Of a DNA stretch of 64,000 nt, positions 57,001 through 64,000 are shown one piece after another. This stretch comes from Yuukianura sp. NJ FZ-2021. Lineage: Eukaryota. The notes beneath the pieces were generated by a model. The model was given only the letters and a program-made list of their open reading frames with translations, searched no databases and was not told the DNA's origin. The stretch is taken from contig CM102287.1 of NCBI GenBank assembly GCA_046563655.1, positions 1,922,001-1,986,000 on the forward strand, given 5' to 3'. The first letter of the stretch is position 1. The number at the start of each line of letters is the position of its first letter. The translations under genes and the position numbers were made by a program.

Positions 57001-60000
57001 ATCAACGGTAACAAAGGTAAATTCCATGTTTTAGTGTTTCAGGCTTTGTTGTATAGTTCACCCATTAGTTAAACCTAAATGACTATTAGATTTATGCACT
57101 TGTTGCATAGTAGAGTTGTGCTAAAATAGAATTTCGCACTGTTTTTGGACACAAGTTATTAAGATGTCCTTTATTTGAAGTGAACGATGTTAGTAAAACA
57201 TACAAAAGTATTTCTTGAAAATTCCAACCAATAATTGCAAATAATGGTGAATGTTCAATTTTGATTTGGAAAGTGTTATAATCGAATATTCCCTGAAATT
57301 CCATAGGCAACTGAGTGATCGTGATTCCTAGTATCAAAGTGAGAACTCCTGGTTGGTATCTGGAGTGAGGGCAAGCTCGACATTTCACCGGCACTTCTCG
57401 TTTGTGCTCAAAGATGAACCCTGACAACATGTGGTTCACTGGGTGATTTTGTCGTTGATGCAGTACGACAAAGTGGACCGGTATTTGATGCATAAGATAA
57501 AGATGGTTATCAACGGTAACAAAGGTAAATTCCATGTTTTAGTGTTTCAGGCTTTGTTGTATAGTTCACCCATTAGTTAAACCTAAATGCCTGTTAGATT
57601 TATGCACTTGTAGCATAGTAGAGTTGTGCTAAAATAAAATTTCGGATTGTTGTTGGACACAAGTTATTCAGATGTCCTTTATTTGAAGTGAACGATGTTA
57701 GTAAAACATACAAAAGTATTTCTTGAAAATTCCAACCAATAATTGCAAATAATGGTGAATGTTCAATTTTTATTTGGAAAGTGTTATAATCGAATATTCC
57801 CTGAAATTCCATAGGCAACTGAGTGATCGTGATTCCTAGTATCAAAGTGAGAACTCCTGGTTGGTATCTGGAGTGAGGGCAAGCTCGACATTTCACCGGC
57901 ACTTCTCGTTTGTGCTCAAAGATGAACCCTGACAACATGTGGTTCACTGGGTGATTTTGTCGTTGATGCAGTACGACAAAGTGGACCGGTATTTGATGCA
58001 TAAGATAAAGATGGTTATCAACGGTAACAAAGGTAAATTCCATGTTTTAGTGTTTCAGGCTTTGTTGTATAGTTCACCCATTAGTTAAACCTAAATGACT
58101 GTTAGATTTATGCACTTGTAGCATAGTAGAGTTGTGCTAAAATATAATTTCGGATTGTTTTTGGACACAAGTTATTAAGATGTCCTTTATTTGAAGTGAA
58201 CGATGTTAGTAAAACATACAAAAGTATTTCTTGAAAATTCCAGCCAATAATTGCAAATAATGGTGAATGTTCAATTTTGATTTGGAAAGTGTTATAATCG
58301 AATATTCCCTGAAATTCCATAGGCAACTGAGTGATCGTGATTACTAGTATCAAAGTGAGAACTCCTGGTTAGTATCTGGAGTGAGGGCAAGCTCGACATT
58401 TCACCGGCACTTCTCGTTTGTGCTCAAAGATGAACCCTGACAACATGTGGTTCACTGGGTGATTTTGTCGTTGATGCAGTACGACAAAGTGGACCGGTAT
58501 TTGATGCATAAGATAAAGATGGTTATCAACGGTAACAAAGGTAAATTCCATGTTTTAGTGTTTCAGGCTTTGTTGTATAGTTCACCCATTAGTTAAACCT
58601 AAATGACTATTAGATTTATGCACTTGTTGCATAGTAGAGTTGTGCTAAAATAGAATTTCGCACTGTTTTTGGACACAAGTTATTAAGATGTCCTTTATTT
58701 GAAGTGAACGATGTTAGTAAAACATACAAAAGTATTTCTTGAAAATTCCAACCAATAATTGCAAATAATGGTGAATGTTCAATTTTGATTTGGAAAGTGT
58801 TATAATCGAATATTCCCTGAAATTCCATAGGCAACTGAGTGATCGTGATTCCTAGTATCAAAGTGAGAACTCCTGGTTGGTATCTGGAGTGAGGGCAAGC
58901 TCGACATTTCACCGGCACTTCTCGTTTGTGCTCAAAGATGAACCCTGACAACATGTGGTTCACTGGGTGATTTTGTCGTTGATGCAGTACGACAAAGTGG
59001 ACCGGTATTTGATGCATAAGATAAAGATGGTTATCAACGGTAACAAAGGTAAATTCCATGTTTTAGTGTTTCAGGCTTTGTTGTATAGTTCACCACTTAG
59101 TTAAACCTACATGACTGTTAGATTTATGCACTTGTTGCATAGTAGAGTTGTGCTAAAATAGAATTTCGGATTGTTTTTGGACACAAGTTATTAAGATGTC
59201 CTTTATTTGAAGTGAACGATGTTAGTAAAACATACAAAAGTATTTCTTGAAAATTCCAACCAATAATTGCAAATAATGGTGAATGTTCAATTTTTATTTG
59301 GAAAGTGTTATAATCGAATATTCCCTGAAATTCCATAGGCAACTGAGTGATCGTGATTCCTAGTATCAAAGTGAGAACTCCTGGTTGGTATCTGGAGTGA
59401 GGGCAAGCTCGACATTTCACCGGCACTTCTCGTTTGTGCTCAAAGATGAACCCTGACAACATGTGGTTCACTGGGTGATTTTGTCGTTGATGCAGTACGA
59501 CAAAGTGGACCGGTATTTGATGCATAAGATAAAGATGGTTATCAACGGTAACAAAGGTAAATTCCATGTTTTAGTGTTTCAGGCTTTGTTGTATAGTTCA
59601 CCCATTAGTTAAACCTAAATGATTGTTAGATTTATGCACTTGTAGCATAGTAGAGTTGTGCTAAAATAGAATTTCGGACTGTTTTTGGACACAAGTTATT
59701 AAGATGTCCTTTATTTGAAGTGAACGATGTTAGTAAAACATACAAAAGTATTTCTTGAAAATTCCAACCAATAATTGCAAATAATGGTGAATGTTCAATT
59801 TTTATTTGGAAAGTGTTATAATCGAATATTCCCTGAAATTCCATAGGCAACTGAGTGATCGTGATTCCTAGTATCAAAGTGAGAACTCCTGGTTGGTATC
59901 TGGAGTGAGGGCAAGCTCGACATTTCACCGGCACTTCTCGTTTGTGCTCAAAGATGAACCCTGACAACATGTGGTTCACTGGGTGATTTTGTCGTTGATG

Positions 60001-63000
60001 CAGTACGACAAAGTGGACCGGTATTTGATGCATAAGATAAAGATGGTTATCAACGGTAACAAAGGTAAATTCCATGTTTTAGTGTTTCAGGCTTTGTTGT
60101 ATAGTTCACCACTTAGTTAAACCTAAATGACTGTTAGATTTATGCACTTGTTGCATAGTAAAGTTGTGCTAAAATAGAATTTCGGATTGTTTTTGGACAC
60201 AAGTTATTAAGATGTCCTTTATTTGAAGTGAACGATGTTAGTAAAACATACAAAAGTATTTCTTGAAAATTCCAACCAATAATTGCAAATAATGGTGAAT
60301 GTTCAATTTTGATTTGGAAAGTGTTATAATCGAATATTCCCTGAAATTCCATAGGCAACTGAGTGATCGTGATTCCTAGTATCAAAGTGAGAACTCCTGG
60401 TTGGTATCTGGAGTGAGGGCAAGCTCGACATTTCACCGGCACTTCTCGTTTGTGCTCAAAGATGAACCCTGACAACATGTGGTTCACTGGGTGATTTTGT
60501 CGTTGATGCAGTACGACAAAGTGGACCGGTATTTGATGCATAAGATAAAGATGGTTATCAACGGTAACAAAGGTAAATTCCATGTTTTAGTGTTTCAGGC
60601 TTTGTTGTATAGTTCACCCATTAGTTAAACCTAAATGACTATTAGATTTATGCACTTGTTGCATAGTAGAGTTGTGCTAAAATAGAATTTCGGACTGTTT
60701 TTGGACACAAGTTATTAAGATGTCCTTTATTTGAAGTGAACGATGTTAGTAAAACATACAAAAGTATTTCTTGAAAATTCCAACCAATAATTGCAAATAA
60801 TGGTGAATGTTCAATTTTTATTTGGAAAGTGTTATAATCGAATATTCCCTGAAATTCCATAGGCAACTGAGTGATCGTGATTCCTAGTATCAAAGTGAGA
60901 ACTCCTGGTTGGTATCTGGAGTGAGGGCAAGCTCGACATTTCACCGGCACTTCTCGTTTGTGCTCAAAGATGAACCCTGACAACATGTGGTTCACTGGGT
61001 GATTTTGTCGTTGATGCAGTACGACAAAGTGGACCGGTATTTGATGCATAAGATAAAGATGGTTATCAACGGTAACAAAGGTAAATTCCATGTTTTAGTG
61101 TTTCAGGCTTTGTTGTATAGTTCACCCATTAGTTAAACCTAAATGACTATGAGATTTATGCACTTGTAGCATAGTAGAGTTGTGCTAAAATAGAATTTCG
61201 CACTGTTTTTGGACACAAGTTATTAAGATGTCCTTTATTTGAAGTGAACGATGTTAGTAAAACATACAAAAGTATTTCTTGAAAATTCCAACCAATAATT
61301 GCAAATAATGGTGAATGTTCAATTTTGATTTGGAAAGTGTTATAATCGAATATTCCCTGAAATTCCATAGGCAACTGAGTGATCGTGATTCCTAGTATCA
61401 AAGTGAGAACTCCTGGTTGGTATCTGGAGTGAGGGCAAGCTCGACATTTCACCGGCACTTCTCGTTTGTGCTCAAAGATGAACCCTGACAACATGTGGTT
61501 CACTGGGTGATTTTGTCGTTGATGCAGTACGACAAAGTGGACCGGTATTTGATGCATAAGATAAAGATGGTTATCAACGGTAACAAAGGTAAATTCCATG
61601 TTTTAGTGTTTCAGGCTTTGTTGTATAGTTCACCACTTAGTTAAACCTAAATGACTGTTAGATTTATGCACTTGTTGCATAGTAAAGTTGTGCTAAAATA
61701 GAATTTCGGATTGTTTTTGGACACAAGTTATTAAGATGTCCTTTATTTGAAGTGAACGATGTTAGTAAAACATACAAAAGTATTTCTTGAAAATTCCAAC
61801 CAATAATTGCAAATAATGGTGAATGTTCAATTTTTATTTGGAAAGTGTTATAATCGAATATTCCCTGAAATTCCATAGGCAACTGAGTGATCGTGATTCC
61901 TAGTATCAAAGTGAGAACTCCTGGTTGGTATCTGGAGTGAGGGCAAGCTCGACATTTCACCGGCACTTCTCGTTTGTGCTCAAAGATGAACCCTGACAAC
62001 ATGTGGTTCACTGGGTGATTTTGTCGTTGATGCAGTACGACAAAGTGGACCGGTATTTGATGCATAAGATAAAGATGGTTATCAACGGTAACAAAGGTAA
62101 ATTCCATGTTTTAGTGTTTCAGGCTTTGTTGTATAGTTCACCACTTAGTTAAACCTAAATGACTGTTAGATTTATGCACTTGTTGCATAGTAAAGTTGTG
62201 CTAAAATAAAATTTCGGATTGTTTTTGGACACAAGTTATTAAGATGTCCTTTATTTGAAGTGAACGATGTTAGTAAAACATACAAAAGTATTTCTTGAAA
62301 ATTCCAACCAATAATTGCAAATAATGGTGAATGTTCAATTTTTATTTGGAAAGTGTTATAATCGAATATTCCCTGAAATTCCATAGGCAACTGAGTGATC
62401 GTGATTCCTAGTATCAAAGTGAGAACTCCTGGTTGGTATCTGGAGTGAGGGCAAGCTCGACATTTCACCGGCACTTCTCGTTTGTGCTCAAAGATGAACC
62501 CTGACAACATGTGGTTCACTGGGTGATTTTGTCGTTGATGCAGTACGACAAAGTGGACCGGTATTTGATGCATAACATAAAGATGGTTATCAACGGTAAC
62601 AAAGGTAAATTCCATGTTTTAGTGTTTCAGGCTTTGTTGTATAGTTCACCCATTAGTTAAACCTAAATGACTATTAGATTTATGCACTTGTTGCATAGTA
62701 GAGTTGTGCTAAAATAGAATTTCGGACTGTTTTTGGACACAAGTTATTAAGATGTCCTTTATTTGAAGTGAACGATGTTAGTAAAACATACAAAAGTATT
62801 TCTTGAAAATTCCAACCAATAATTGCAAATAATGGTGAATGTTCAATTTTGATTTGGAAAGTGTTATAATCGAATATTCCCTGAAATTCCATAGGCAACT
62901 GAGTGATCGTGATTCCTAGTATCAAAGTGAGAACTCCTGGTTGGTATCTGGAGTGAGGGCAAGCTCGACATTTCACCGGCACTTCTCGTTTGTGCTCAAA

Positions 63001-64000
63001 GATGAACCCTGACAACATGTGGTTCACTGGGTGATTTTGTCGTTGATGCAGTACGACAAAGTGGACCGGTATTTGATGCATAACATAAAGATGGTTATCA
63101 ACGGTAACAAAGGTAAATTCCATGTTTTAGTGTTTCAGGCTTTGTTGTATAGTTCACCCATTAGTTAAACCTAAATGACTATTAGATTTATGCACTTGTT
63201 GCATAGTAGAGTTGTGCTAAAATAGAATTTCGGACTGTTTTTGGACACAAGTTATTAAGATGTCCTTTATTTGAAGTGAACGATGTTAGTAAAACATACA
63301 AAAGTATTTCTTGAAAATTCCAACCAATAATTGCAAATAATGGTGAATGTTCAATTTTGATTTGGAAAGTGTTATAATCGAATATTCCCTGAAATTCCAT
63401 AGGCAACTGAGTGATCGTGATTCCTAGTATCAAAGTGAGAACTCCTGGTTGGTATCTGGAGTGAGGGCAAGCTCGACATTTCACCGGCACTTCTCGTTTG
63501 TGCTCAAAGATGAACCCTGACAACATGTGGTTCACTGGGTGATTTTGTCGTTGATGCAGTACGACAAAGTGGACCGGTATTTGATGCATAAGATAAAGAT
63601 GGTTATCAACGGTAACAAAGGTAAATTCCATGTTTTAGTGTTTCAGGCTTTGTTGTATAGTTCACCCATTAGTTAAACCTAAATGGCTATGAGATTTATG
63701 CACTTGTAGCATAGTAGAGTTGTGCTAAAATAAAATTTCGGATTGTTGTTGGACACAAGTTATTAAGATGTCCTTTATTTGAAGTGAACGATGTTAGTAA
63801 AACATACAAAAGTATTTCTTGAAAATTCCAACCAATAATTGCAAATAATGGTGAATGTTCAATTTTGATTTGGAAAGTGTTATAATCGAATATTCCCTGA
63901 AATTCCATAGGCAACTGAGTGATCGTGATTCCTAGTATCAAAGTGAGAACTCCTGGTTGGTATCTGGAGTGAGGGCAAGCTCGACATTTCACCGGCACTT
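42021..64000. repeat. 508-bp tandem repeat array, about 43 units, continues beyond right edge
   Basis: ORF starts recur every 508 bp (509 at three 1-bp insertions). Units differ at only a few sites. Confidence 0.99.

Noticed and set aside
42357..63998. Annotating each 147-aa ORF as a CDS
   Set aside because: No domain, promoter space or expression evidence, so it is kept as a finding only.
42021..64000. 508-bp unit as a 5S, tRNA, snRNA, spliced-leader or histone array, or a hammerhead-ribozyme satellite
   Set aside because: I could not recognise any of these sequences or a CTGATGA/GAAA core by eye. An Rfam scan would be needed to exclude them fully.

Overview
Eukaryotic (probably invertebrate; species not determinable) repeat-dense DNA made entirely of nested mobile elements and one 508-bp tandem repeat. 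No host gene is evident. From left to right: (1) a Ty3/Gypsy element (minus strand, running off the left edge) inserted into the integrase of a BEL/Pao element, whose 3' LTR abuts the 508-bp repeat; (2) a truncated Ty1/Copia element; (3) a Polinton/Maverick (7734-32670, 127-bp TIRs) with pPolB, packaging ATPase, integrase, minor and major capsid proteins and protease, plus three intron-containing ubiquitin-system cargo genes (IAP, F-box/LRR, RING-H2/coiled-coil/AT-hook); (4) a full-length Copia element (19401-26324) inside the major capsid gene, whose pol frame continues without a stop into a class I fusion-glycoprotein (env)-like region; (5) a Helentron (about 32900-42020) with Rep-helicase-endonuclease and a convergent RPA-like OB-fold gene; (6) about 43 copies of the 508-bp unit (42021-64000), most carrying a 147-codon ORF. 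The env-bearing Copia is the strongest candidate for an undescribed system. All calls come from reading motifs by eye; no database search was run.
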